Assembly (NCBI GenBank): GCA_010093995.1
Contig: ML992512.1
Coordinates: 1 to 64,000, forward strand
DNA length: 64,000 nucleotides
Origin: Elsinoe ampelina
Taxonomy: Eukaryota
Direction: 5' to 3'
The translations under genes and the position numbers were made by a program. The stretch's first letter is position 1. Every line of letters begins with the position of its first letter. The notes under the pieces are model-generated. The model searched no databases, was not told the origin of the DNA, and saw nothing but the letters and a program-made list of their open reading frames with translations. This document shows, piece by piece, positions 1 to 12,687 of the stretch.

Positions 1-437
1 GCGTAGAGACGCTAGGACTAATTAAACTACTAGGGTTATTACGTGACCTAGCCCGACGTTTACCTAGTTCTCTATCTTCTCTAGTAGCTCTACCCTAGGG
101 ACTATAGAGTATATAGGTTACTAGTAGACGTGTACTCTATATTGCCCCCGACTCTCGCTACGAAGTATATAGAGTATATAGAGTACATAGTAAAGAACAC
201 ATATATATAGGAGTAGTCCTTACCTTATGTAAGTACTATAGTTAACCTTGTCTAGATAGTAAACACTAGTATTACTAAGGCTAGCCTTTATAATACTATC
301 TAATTGTACTTTATTATCTATAAGACATACCTTCTCCGACTCTTACCTTAGTACTATACTACTATAGAAGTAGAACTACCTTATTCTTAGCTTAGCTTAG
401 ACTACTAGTATAGGCTATGTTTAGACAGTTCGTGATA
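1..437 (-). repeat. LTR copy, truncated by the window start, inverted relative to 3735-4197
   Basis: 1-437 is the reverse complement of 3735-4171, differing mainly by transitions. It ends in GTTCGTGATA (RIP form of ...GTTCGTGACA). Strand is only relative to the other copy. Confidence 0.85.
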
Positions 438-1035
438 TAGCTATACTATATTAGATATAAGACTATAAGAATTTACTATAAGAAACTAACTGCCTAGCTT
501 AAACCTATAGCTCTTTACCTAGTAAATTTGTCTAGTTAATACTAGTCTAAATTTTGTTACGTAACTATCTATAGTAGGCTTTTTAGTAGTAGTTTTCTTA
601 GCGCCTTACTTCCTTAGCTTTGCCCTTTTTAGAGGTATTACTTGCTTCTTACGAGCTATAGCTATATAAATTTATTAAATTAATTATTAAAATTTGTTTA
701 TAAAGGTAGAGAAGAGTAAGGCAAAAATACTAAAAGCGAGATATTAAGCCTTATTAAGGAATTTATAATAGTATATAGAATATAAATTTCATATTATTAT
801 TCTCTACTATAACGACTTTATATTAACAATATTAATAACTTTATATTAGTACAATAATAGAATTAATACCTATTATTACTTATATTTCTAGCTACTCTAT
901 TTACTATATGTATAAGAAATACTAAATTCTTCTCTTCTTATCTTCTTCTTATAAAACTTATATCTTATATCTTACTCCCTATTATACTTAATATCTTACC
1001 TTCTCTTACAAATTACTACTAATTCTTGATCTATA

Positions 1036-2330
1036 ATGTCTACTAATCCTATAGATTAGTAAACCTTTAGTAAAGAGAAAGAGATAACTAATGCTTTAGT
1101 AATTAAGACTAAAGAAATAACTAAGAAAGAGAAAGCAATCCTCGCTATAATAGGAGTAATTCTTATAGATACTTCTTATAGTTAAATACTAACTAGACTA
1201 TAGAGTTTTAATTCTAAGGCTAATAAGATTAAATACTAGATTAAAAATCGCTCTTAGAATACTAGAACTCCTCGCTATAGCTACCCTCTTAGAATTCTAT
1301 AGTAGAAAGTATAGCTTAGTAATACCTAGCGAGCTATTTAGTAAAGAGATTATACTATATAAGCTAGTATAGAGAAGAAAGCTCTTACTACTACTAGTAA
1401 TACTAATTACTCTATAAAATATATACTTAAGGTAAAACTTAAGAACTCTAAGGAATTCTAAGTAATATCTAATAAGGAGAAAGAAGCTACCTTCGATATA
1501 GTATATAAGAAGATAGCGGAGACTTGCTATTATACCTAGTAGAGTAGTATATTTCTTATAGTATATTCTTATAGTATATCTACTAATTCTATATAGAGGA
1601 ATAGTTAAAGGACAAGTTTATGTCTATCTACTAAAAATAGAGTAGTATTTATAAAGCTAATACTCTTCTTTGCTATAAGTAACTCCTTACTAATTATATA
1701 AAGAAGGTGCCCTATAATAAGATAAATATATTTCTAAATTGCTAAGTAAAACATCTTCTCGGCACTAGTAGAATTCTTAAGAAATAGACCTATAAGATCT
1801 ACTATAATAGTGTTAACTTACTATATAATACTAGCAACTATAACAATAGTAACTAAGCTAAGTTTAAGAAGTTTATTAAGAATATAACACCTACTAAACT
1901 CTAAGTAGTATAGGTAAATAATTAGGTATATATTATTTCTTATAGTTGTTTCTTATAGTTATATACTAATCTATTAAAGCAAATATAAACCTATCTCTAA
2001 ACTAGAATTTAAGTATAAGAATAACAATATTTTACTTAAATCTAATAATTACTATATTAAGTATAGTAATAACAAGGTTAAAGAAGAAGTTAAGAATAAC
2101 TCTAAAATTAAGAACCTTCTTAATAAAGAACCTAATAAGTACAAGACTAAGAAAGTAGCTAAAATATACTACGAGGTAGTTACTACTAGGGACTTTAACA
2201 ATTCTAATAAAGAGAATTAGGATAAAGATAATAATAAGGCAATAGGTAAAGGTAATAATAATAATAAGGAGAGTAAGAGTAAGAACGACATAGATAAGCA
2301 TAAATAGATTAACCTTAAGTTAGGAAAATT
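1036..2330 (+). pseudogene. RIP-degraded ORF upstream of the hAT transposase, probably with an acidic C-terminus
   Basis: ATG at 1036 follows a pyrimidine-rich leader. The end reads NNKVKEEVKNNSKIKNLLNKE..., as expected for a D/E-rich tract after G>A mutation. Function unknown. Confidence 0.35.
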
Positions 2331-2619
2331 AGACTATAGTTTTAGTAGCTTTCTAGTTCTATACTATTAAAATTTTTTTAATCTATAAATTAAGAGTAGC
2401 TAATAGATTCTTATAGAGCATTCTTATAGTCTTCTACTCCTTATTATATAGCTAGTAATATTCTATATTCCTACTCTTAAAATGTTAGTGTTTAATAAAG
2501 ACTTAGTTAATCCTTAACTATAGATACTCTTAGAAGTTATTACGCTACTACTACCTCTCTTCTATAAGCTTAAAGAGTTCCGTGTCAATTGCTAGGATAA
2601 TCTATCCTCTACTTAATTC

Positions 2620-5560
2620 TATAAAACTATTAAAATTATTAGCTGTCTACTCTACTAACTAGATATACTACTCGAAGAATAGCTAGCTATATAAGCCTAG
2701 AAAACATAGTAGTCTATAATATTAATAGGTAGCAAATTAAGAGTTAGCGGAATATAAAACCTACTAAACTAGAATTCTATAACTCGCTATAGAGTTATTT
2801 AGGCCGACTTTAATAAAGGTGCTAAGCTTACTAATAGAATATCTCTCGTGTATTGTCTCTACTATAGTAGAGCTTTATAATACCTAATAACGAACTTAAT
2901 TAGTAATAAACACCTAATAAAACATCTTAGACGCTAAAGCTACTAGAATATAAAATCTTCTAGCTATAAATAATTAGTAGCTTAGATAGCTCTAATATAA
3001 TTAAAAGCGAACGCTACTAGCACTATATTCTATATACTATAATTCTCCCTAGAACAATTTAAAAAAGAGCTTATTAAGGTCCTTATTAATTGTAATTAGT
3101 TATTCTAAATAGTTAATAATTTCTCCTTTCTCTAATTTATATATTTCCTCTAGCTATATACTAATATTCTAGGTCGGACGCGGGCCTTAGGGCTATTAAA
3201 AGAGCACTATAAGGACATTTAGTCTAATCTTCTTACTAATCTTAGTAGTTAGACAAAAGTTTTAATTGTGCTAGATAGCTAGTCTATAAATAACTATCTA
3301 AGTTTTGTAGCTATAAAGGTATACTATATTAATAACAACTAGTAAGTACGTAAGTGCCTACTAAATTTTATACTAATTAGTAGATAGTATACTAGAGTTA
3401 CGCTTAGTATAGAACTACTAAGAGTTCTAAATAAAAAAAAGATTAATATATATCTTCTCGCTATTACAACGAACAATATAAGTAACAATAATACTCTATA
3501 ATCTAAAGTATAATAAGGTCTTAAGAAGAAGAGTATATACTAGTCCTCTATTAAGAATATAATTCTATATCTAGCCTATGTAATTAATCTTGTTATATAA
3601 GATATTATTTAAGCTCTATAGCTAGAAACTACTAAGGACAATAAGAAAGCTAATAAGCTTAAGAAGTAGTATCTCTATAATATCTAAATAACTCTATTAG
3701 TTCTAAATTCTCTCTATAAAGTAAGTTATATTTCTATTACGAACCGTCTAAACATAGCCTACGCTAGTGGTCTAAGCTAAGTTAAGAACGAGGTAGTTCT
3801 ACTTCTATAGTAGTATAGCACTAAGGTAAGAGTCGGAGAAGGTATGTCTTATAGATAATAAAGTACAATTAGATAGTATTACAAAGGCTAGCCTTAGCAA
3901 TACTAGTGTTCGCTATCTAGACAAGGTTAACTATAGTACTTATATAAGGTAAGGACTACTCCTATATATATATGTTCTTTACTGCGTACTCTATATGCTT
4001 TATATGCTCTATAGCGAGAGTCGGGGGCAATATAGAGTACACGTCCGCTAGTAACCTACGTGCTCTATAGTCCCCGGGGTAGAGCCGCTAGAGAAGATAG
4101 AGAACTAGGTAAACGTCGGGCTAGGTCACGTAATAACCCTAGTAGTTTAATTAGTCCTAGCGTCCCCGCGCTTTAGCTATTCTACTAGTTCGTAACAATT
4201 TCTTATAGTTCTTTCTTATAGTTTTTTAACTAATTTTAAAGCTCTATACGATTTATATTATAATTAACTAATCCCCTTAACGCTACTAACACTTTAAATC
4301 TCTTTAAGTATATCTACCTTCTCGTAAATAACTCTTAGTTGTTTAGGATATTTATACCTATTAGAACTTAATATATAATATATATAAGCGAGCTATTAAA
4401 CTTTAACTAATTATTAATAAATAGCTTAACGCGGAGATTGTAATTGTATATAAGCCCTAAACTAATAAAGCGCTAGCTAATTAAGATATAGCATCTATTA
4501 ATTACGTAGATATAAAACGCCTTTGCCTTAGCTACGCTAAATAGGCATATCTAAAGATTGTTATTTAAATACTAAAGAATTTTAAGAATGTAACTAACTA
4601 GCTAAGTTAGTCTTATACGCTATTAGTATAATATATATAGCTTATATATAATACTCTTTTTAACTTCCTTAACGTAGTTAAGTCTACTTAGAAAGAGAAT
4701 AACAACTTAGACTAGCTATTAGTTATGCAAAATGTAGCGAAAGCTAGTTATACTAAGCTTTCTAAGTATTATAAGCGAACGAGTAGAGGTTAAGGTTTCC
4801 TGTTTAATTGTAGTATAATCTTAGATCTAACTTAGAAACTTAGTACGTATAAGTATACTTCGTAGGAACTACATTTTAAATTACTTTACTATAAATAGTT
4901 CCTCGACTATCTCGATTACTATAATAATAACTACCCTTCTTAAACTACTCTCCTACCTCCTCTACTAGCCTTATCTATTACTTACTAGTTTAAGAAGCCT
5001 TCCTTATTAAACACAAGGAGTAGCTTTATACCTCTAGTATCTAGCTAAGATAATACACTTTTATAAGGGTAGAGTAATATCTATATAATAAGAATAGAAG
5101 GAGAGAATTACCTTAGGACTCTACCTATATAAAAAACATTAGAATTTAATATTCTTTCTTAGTAGAAAGAAAATAAGTACTTATTCCTATAACTAGCTTA
5201 TGTTACTTATAATGTTCTTATAATACTAATTGCTAGTATAGGTGTTAAATGTGTTTTTAATATAGCGAAGAATGTTATTAGTAATCGAAGGTATAGACTA
5301 CTTCTATAGACAATTTAACAAATTATAGTCTCTAAGCTAATAGAAAACAATCTTTAAAACATCTAATCGGCTAAGATAGACAATTTTACTACTGCTAATA
5401 ATAATACTAATAGCGGGATAGATAGTATAAGTAATAACTTTAGAGATATTACTACCTATAGTTTAAGCAATAAAGAGGTTAACGAGAAAGAAGAGCATAA
5501 TAAGGACAAAGATCTACTATATAACGTTACTAAGGTTAGAGGCTAGTATTCTAAGTATAT
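2620..5560 (+). pseudogene. hAT transposase relic (BED-like finger, catalytic domain, dimerisation domain; one intron)
   Basis: Degenerate motifs: LVYCLYY...KHLIKHLRR (BED-like, ~2845-2935); IVLDS*S..SFVAIKVYYINNN*; LLAITTNNISNN (=AITTDNASNN); ILYLAYVINLVI*DII (=IPCLAHVINLV.QDII); ASIGVKCVFNIAKNVISNRRYRL (dimerisation, ~5230-5300). Intron donor GTAAGT at 3721. Confidence 0.85.
3735..4197 (+). mobile_element. Solo LTR (463 bp) with 5-bp TSD ATTTC, inside the hAT transposase intron
   Basis: Termini TATTACGAAC...GTTCGTAACA (inverted, RIP form of TG..CA). ATTTC at 3730-3734 and 4198-4202. Homologous to 1-437. Confidence 0.9.
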
Positions 5561-7679
5561 CTAGTTAATAGCCTCTAAGCAATAACGCTCTTATAGTATC
5601 TATGCTAATATCTACTCTAAAGCACTTCTACGCGTACCTTCCCTATTACTATATATAATTCTACCTACTAATGCTAATAGTCTTCCTTCGTTAGCTACCC
5701 TAAGGAAGCTTATTCCCTTACTCGCTAGTATCTATAATATAACTATATTTATATCTATATTAGTCGTGCTAGATCTACTTATAAAAACATTAATAAGGAA
5801 ATTATATAGATCGACTATAATATAAAGACTAAAGCTATAACTAATCTCCGCGCTACTTTCCTTATTATTAACCTTAATAACTACCTCTACTATAGCACCT
5901 ACGACCTTAGCTAACTTATTACTGACGCTACTCTCTATGCTATTACTAATATCTACCTTATTATACTTCCGACTTTCTTACTAGGTTTAAGCCTAATAAT
6001 AGTTAGGTTACTTTCTAGAATAACACTAATAGTAAAGGGGACAACAAGGGAGGTGCTTCTACCGCTAGTACCGATAGTGCTACCTAGGGTAGTAATATAA
6101 CTACTAGTACAGCTAGAGGTAATATAAATACTTCTACTTTAAGAGCTTATATACGCCGTCGTTATAGTTAATTTTAGTTACTTATAGAAAGAGATAACGT
6201 AATTAAGTCTTTATAAAGTGTAAGTCTATATTATTAATAACTATCTAAAGCTATCGGCCCGCTAACGCTTTAACTATGCTACCTTAATTAGATTAGTTGT
6301 CGGAAGAAACACTGTCGTTGCTATTATCGATATAATTTAACTTCTTTTACTTACGTTTAACATTATAGTATATAGTAAAGAGTAAGAGTAGATCTACTCT
6401 TCTATCGAGAATAAGACAATTAATAGTACGCTATATGTTAATTAGGTTAAAGATGTTATTAGTCTATAAGATATTATACTAATATTTATTAGATTATAGA
6501 GAAAGATTAGATTAGAAACACCTATAAAGTTATAAGGGGTATTATAAGTATAGTAGGCTTTATAGTAAAGTGCCGAACCTCTATAGTTATTATAGATATA
6601 TTCGGCTTAGATTTCGTAGTTGTTATTAAAGTTAAGATATATAAGAGTTATACGGTAGATATAGGCTTTATACTAACGTAAGTATAAGGGCCTAGCGTAG
6701 TTACTAGAAGTTATCTTACAAGGCTAAAAGGAGATTAGATCTACTAGGTCGGAGTAGAGTTAAGCGTAAGAAGAAGACATTATAGAAGGAAGTATCGAAC
6801 GACAAGAAAGAGAGGTTTAAGATAAAGAAGGAGAAATAGCAACTAAAAGGTATATATATCTAGCATTACCTATTATAAGAACGATAATATAGATAATAGC
6901 TATTATCTGTTATAAAAAAACAACAATACTAATAATAGCTATTATCGAATAATAGCTATTATTATACTAAGGGATATAAGTAGATTATTAGCTAAGTTAC
7001 TTCTTTCTCTTCTTAGGAATATTTAAACAACTATCTAGTATGCCTTTACGTCGCTATAGTATAACTTATACTAATAGTTGCTAGAATTTAAGCAAATCTA
7101 CTACTATGTCTACTACTCGCCTCTTTATTATTTATTAGGCTAATATTACTTACTATAAATTTATTAACAACCTTTAGGCAGAGATTAAGGCCCTAGACGG
7201 CCTTAAACTTACTATTAACTAGCAATCTAATAGTATTAAGGCAATCCGTAACTATACTATAAGTTAGTAGGAAGGCTAAACTACCTAGAACTAATTATTC
7301 TAGTCTTAGACTCTACCTAATAGCTTTAGTACTCCGGTTTACTAGTTAAGAGTTATAATTTATATAAGGGTAAACTTACTAAGGATATAATATCCTCCGG
7401 ATGAAGTAGATAATAAGATAATAAAGTATTAGTTCTAGGTAGTATATAGCTTACTAGCTAAGTATATAAAATAGGCTTATAGGGGTTATATAGATAATGT
7501 TAATTAGGTTAATCTTCTATAAATCACTATTAGGTCGTAATTGTATATAAGGGTTAATAATTAATAACTTTTGCTTCTCTCTAGTATCCTTTATCTACTA
7601 TAACTTTAAGCGTTTAGAGCGGAAAAGTAACAAGAGTTATAGGATATAGTAGTTGCTATAAGAATTTACTATAAGAATA

Positions 7680-7948
7680 GCAACCCTAGTATAGTGCTAG
7701 TAAGAGTACACTAAGGACTTAATAGCACTACACTACTTATCTACTAACCTAACCTAGCACTATACTACGTCTAGAATACACACAACTCGACCTGTACCTA
7801 GTGCTAGTATAGTGCTATTATAGCTATAGTATAGAGCTAGTACTAGTACTACTAAGCCCTTAGCTACACTACGCTAGCTAGAGACTAACCTAAACCCTAG
7901 TGCAGTACTAAACCTAAAGGGGCTAACCCTGCCCTAATAGTTATACTA
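7680..7948. repeat. Subterminal repeat array of a further DNA transposon end
   Basis: Motif TAGT(A/G)(T/C)AG(T/A)(G/A)CTA recurs about six times in both orientations. The array ends in TTATACTA directly before Tc1-like transposase sequence. Confidence 0.4.
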
Positions 7949-8203
7949 CTTAATCTACTATAGATTAATTACTAGTAAGATCTTTATTAGCTAGTTAATA
8001 GATATAATAATACTAGAGCTTCTAGCTAGTATAATCTTTATTATAGATAATACTTTAATCTACTAGAGTAATAAGGTAAAGGAGCTAGTATAAGAGTATA
8101 GAAGTTACCTTAAATACCTACTACTCTATTTACTAGATTTTAATTCTATTAAGTAATTCTTCTTAGTACTAAAGGCGTAAGTAAAGTAATACTATAATCT
8201 AGT
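7949..8203 (+). pseudogene. IS630/Tc1-like DDE transposase relic, part before the gypsy insertion
   Basis: IFIIDNTLIY* (=IMDNASIH) and LKYLLLYLLDFNSIK*FFLVLKA*VK (=LEYLPPYSPDFNPIE..FS.LKAWVK). Confidence 0.8.
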
Positions 8204-8390
8204 TATTAAAGCCTTATATTAAAGCTATATATATCGTAATATAGAGAACGCCTATCTAACTAAATAGTCTATTAGTAGTAGAACTAATTACTATTAAGCT
8301 CTAGGCGTAAGTACTACGTAGAATATTTAAGTATATTATATAAGTAGGACTAGCCGCTACTAAGTGCCGCTCTAATACTAAGCTCTTATA
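8204..8390 (-). repeat. 3' LTR of the outer gypsy element
   Basis: Direct repeat of 20970-21156, preceded on the minus strand by a purine tract (GAGAAGAAGACAAT). Confidence 0.9.
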
Positions 8391-8778
8391 ATTGTCTTCT
8401 TCTCTAGGAGAGCTATTCTTAGCTCTTAACTAGAAGTATATAATATATAGTATTATTTAGAAGTAATATAGGTATAAGGTAGTTAAGGCATTTTTATAAA
8501 GGCCTTATATATGTCTTATATAATGTCTAGTAGTAGTGGTCCTAGGAATCTAGTTCCTAGAGAAGCGTTTATCTAGTTGCTATAGTACTAAAGCTAATTA
8601 GTAGTAATAATATTACTTTTCTTAGAGTTTCTAGTAGTATTATAGAAGATATATGCCTTATACTAGTAGCTATAATAAAGATATAGTATACTAGAGGTTA
8701 GTCTATATAATCTTATTATTCTCCCTTATATTCTTCTTTTCTACCTAAAATATATCTATATTTTATTAACCTTTTACT

Positions 8779-9420
8779 ATATAAGCGTACTACCTATAAC
8801 TATTATATTATTTAACTCTAGCTCTCTCGTAGCTAACACTTATAGTATAAGGTCTACTAGCGCCTAGAGAGCTATTACTACTAGCGCTAACCCTATAACT
8901 CTTTTACTTTCTAAAGAGAAGACTAATACCTATACTAGGTACACTAATAGCGTTACTAAGAGTAAGCTAATAGAGCTCTTATAAGGGACATAACTAATTT
9001 ATAGTAGGTTATATCTATACTAGAGGCAACTTTAGTATCTTCTTCTATTATAAGTATAAATACTACGCCTATAGTAAGTATATATATAAGCTACTTCTAT
9101 CTATTCTATATAATATATACGTTAATGCCTTTAATATAGTTACTAAGCTTAAGGCCTCTAACTAGGCTAGTATTACTATAGCTAAGAAGTATATATATGC
9201 TATAGCCTATAAGAACGTCTCTAAGGTTAAGAAGTTTAAGACTATACTTAAGGTATACTATACTAATAAGAATAAGATTGTTAGTAAGGTTTTAACTTCT
9301 TATATAAGGCCTATAAGTAGCTCGCTTAGTAGTGTTATACTTAAGCGTAAGAAGGTTAAGAAGCTATAGAAGATTAAGTATAGCCTTTATAGCTTAATTA
9401 CTATTAGTAAGAAGGTAAGC
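8779..9420 (+). pseudogene. Putative spliced extra gene, antisense to gag-pol, inside the outer gypsy element
   Basis: Intron-like signals (GCTAAC...TAG ending 8845; GTAAGC 8962...ACTAAT...TAG 9004), a nearly open frame at ~9005-9420, and an upstream TATA plus CT-rich tract. Reconstruction depends on undoing RIP by eye. Confidence 0.35.
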
Positions 9421-12400
9421 TAAATTATACTTCTTATGCGTTATAAACATAGCTAATAGGTTTAGATAGTGTATAACTCTAGTAGTTCTACTACTAAAAT
9501 CGACTATATTATAGCTAGTAGGTAGCTTATAGCTCCTATAGTACCTATAGAGAAGAATCTTAGTATAGAGGTAGACAAGGATAGTAATAAGGACAAGTAG
9601 GCATATATAAGCTAGATGTATATCCCTAGCGCTATACCTATAATAAGGCCTTATATAGAACATAATAGAGTATAGAGTTTAGGTTAATACCTGCAATAGT
9701 AGCGTAAGTATAGCGCTTTATTAAAATGTATTTCCCTAGATAAGAAGTCTACTCTTTGTCTTATTTATATATTTATATAATCTGTCTACTTATATACTCT
9801 ATAATCTATGCCTTTAGCGACCTTTCTTAGCTACTCTTAGCTATAACTTATATATAGTAATTAGCTCTCTTATATTTATATAATTCTCTTTAGGTTTCTA
9901 GCTATTAAACTTAATAGGCTAGTTCTTCTACTTTACTAAGTAGAATACCTTACCCTTTATAGTTCTCCTACCTAGGATCTTCTCTACTATTTACTTATTT
10001 ACTTCGTTAGCGAGAGGTATACTCTCTTCTAGCTCCTTACTAGCTCTACCTATCTATAGTTTAAGAAGAGATATATAAAAGACATTATAGATATAATACT
10101 AACTTAGTAAAGCTAGGTAATATACCTACGATCTAATTATATTAAGTATATAGAATAGACTAAGGAATTATAGTTCTATCTTCTTCTTTAGTATAGGTAG
10201 CTATAAGTTCTTAGCTAAGAGTAGTACTAAGTTACCTACGCTATATACCCTTAGTATATACTTCCTATTATAGTACTTAGCCTAGTAGGTAGAAGTCTCT
10301 TTCTATTACTCTACTAGCTTCATATATATATCTTATAAGTATTACGCTAACTCTACTACTACTAGTACTCTTCCCTCTAAAGTCTCATCCTAAGACTTAA
10401 TAGCTATTACCTCTAACTCTAGATAGTAGCTATATATTATTTAGAAGAGGCTTATACGTAGTATAGTATAAACGCTATTATTACTTACAAATTCTACTTA
10501 TAATAGACATTTAGCCTAGTCGTTCTATAGCTCTATATAGTAGCACCTTAGGTACTATTCTAACGTCTAGTTTTACTACTTAGTTTAGCTATCTATCTAC
10601 GAGTAAAAGGCTATACTAAGCCTATGCTTTATATGCGTTTCGTAATAGAATTTACTCTAGAACTAGCTAGTAAAGACCGATCCTTAATTGCTTACTATTC
10701 CCCTTAGAACACTATAATAGCGAATAATATAGTTACGTAGGATCTCTACTAGCTCTATAGACGTATACTTCTTAGTAGTAGAGACATATAGTAACATCTT
10801 AGTATAATAGTCTATAATTACTAGTACTATATTATAGATACTACTACCTTACTTACTTAGTAGTAGGTTAGTAATAAAATCTATTATAATTTCTTACTAT
10901 AGGTAGTCTAGTATCGGTAGCGTATATAGCTTACTATAGAGGTAATAGTAGTGCGCCTTATATTTCTAATATACTTAGTATAACTATATATAGTTATTAA
11001 TGTCTTTTCTTATAGTTGTCTAGAAGTACTTTTATAAGAGAAGTTTAAGTGTCTTATCCTTACTAAAGTAACTAGTCTATTTACTATTATAGTATATATA
11101 TAGTATCTACGCCTTAAGTATACTATTATTCGAAATAACTAGTAACTCTTTATAGAAGAGAAGATTATCTTATATATTCTATAGCGCTCTACTCTTGTCT
11201 CTACTACTCTCTACTTATAAATATAGCTTTATAATCTTAAGGTCTTATCCCTATAGTAGCTCTACTACTAATATTAGGTTAGTAGATAGATCTTTAAAGG
11301 GATTCTCCCTTATAGTTACTATAACTACGACTCGCTAGGTCGTTATAAGCCTCTAGGAGTTCTTAGAAGAGAAGTCGCTACTATATAGCGTATAGGTAGC
11401 TTAGGCCTGTCCTAGAATAGCCTTATATATAGCGTAGATATGTCTAATAAGCGAAGTAGCTTCCTTAATATTAGTAGTTTAGTTCTATATATAAAGCTTA
11501 TTCTAAAGAGTAGAAAGAAGATATAACACCTCTTATTCTTCTACTACGTAGTTAGAGCACCTCGAGAGTATATTAGCTAGGTTCCTTATGCCTAGCTAAT
11601 ACTCTATTATAAAGTTAAAAGTAGTAAGGAAGGTAGCCTAGTAAGCTTATTAGCTATTTAGCTATTTTAGCTTTATAAATTCTTAAAGATTATTATAGTT
11701 AGTAAGTACTTAAATTATATATAAGGCACCTTCGAGGTAGTATTACTATTACTTAAATATATATATAATTACTAATAGCTCTTAGTTATATATCTCGTAA
11801 TTATACTTAGCTAGAATAAACTTCCTTAACTAAAAGGCAATTAGGTGCTAAGTACTATTAAATAGCTAGGATAGGATCGCCGCTGCTATAAACTTTAATA
11901 TATTACTTTTAATATATAGAGGTAGTATAGGATTATAGTAACGAAGAATAGAGACACGCGTAAAGGTATCTCTAATATCCTTAAACGCCTACTATTTACT
12001 TATACCCTATATAAAAGAGCTATACTTATAATCTTTAACTAAGCCTTTAAGAAGGCTAAAGAGAGAAGTAATAATCTTAGAGTAGTACTACACGAAGTAA
12101 TAATAGAAGTTTATAAAGCTAGTAAACTACTAGACCTTATAATAACTCTTTAGTCTTAGCTAATTCTTAATTATAGTTACTCTACTAGAATCTATCGAGA
12201 CGCCTATAGTAGAGATAATATAGCTAAGGAATTCTATCTCCTTAGTAAAGAATTTACATTTCTTAAGGTTAGTATATAAAGTAAACTTCTATAGTCTTAC
12301 TAGAATCTTATATATATAATATATATAGTTCTCTCTTAAATTGCTATAGATAAGAATATTGTTAAGATAGACAATATAGATAGTATTAACTAGCCTACCT

Positions 12401-12484
12401 AGCGTCTTATTAATATACGCTTAAAAGGTAGCTAGAGCGTTAGTTAATCTAAAAGGTATAACTAAGTACTTAAAATAGCTATAG

Positions 12485-12687
12485 TAATACGAGATAGATA
12501 TAAACTAAATTTAGTTAAGATATAGTTCGGATTAGTTACGTAATCTTAGCATTGTAGCCCGGGCTTCTAGCTACTCTACTCTCGATATTATATATGCTTT
12601 ATATACTAGTTTTCTTCTTCTTTTTCTAAGTCTTAATATCTTAATAAATAGACGTAATTAACTCTCTTATCTTACTAGTTGTAATTA
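12485..12687 (+). repeat. 5' LTR of the inner gypsy element
   Basis: Direct repeat of 18540-18742; the differences are transitions, mostly CG versus TA. Confidence 0.92.

Larger units (their letters stand above)
847..6969 (+). mobile_element. hAT-superfamily DNA transposon relic (boundaries tentative)
   Basis: Candidate 14-bp TIRs TAGTACAATAATAG (847-860) and CTATTATTATACTA (6956-6969). Palindromic subterminal repeats at 6892-6963. Encloses a hAT transposase relic. The 8-bp flanks do not match (CTTTATAT vs AGGGATAT), so the ends are uncertain. Confidence 0.5.

Noticed and set aside
2032..2301. 89-aa hydrophobic ORF on the minus strand
   Set aside because: Antisense shadow of a RIP-mutated acidic tract; the Ile/Leu/Phe richness follows from AT content.
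1..4171. Long inverted repeats (1-437 and 3735-4171) as TIRs of a Mutator or foldback element
   Set aside because: The right copy has its own TG..CA-type termini and 5-bp TSD and interrupts a hAT gene, so these are two independent LTR insertions.
9394..9663. 89-aa minus-strand ORF in the gypsy element
   Set aside because: Tyr/Ile/Leu-rich chance ORF in RIP-mutated DNA with no motif.
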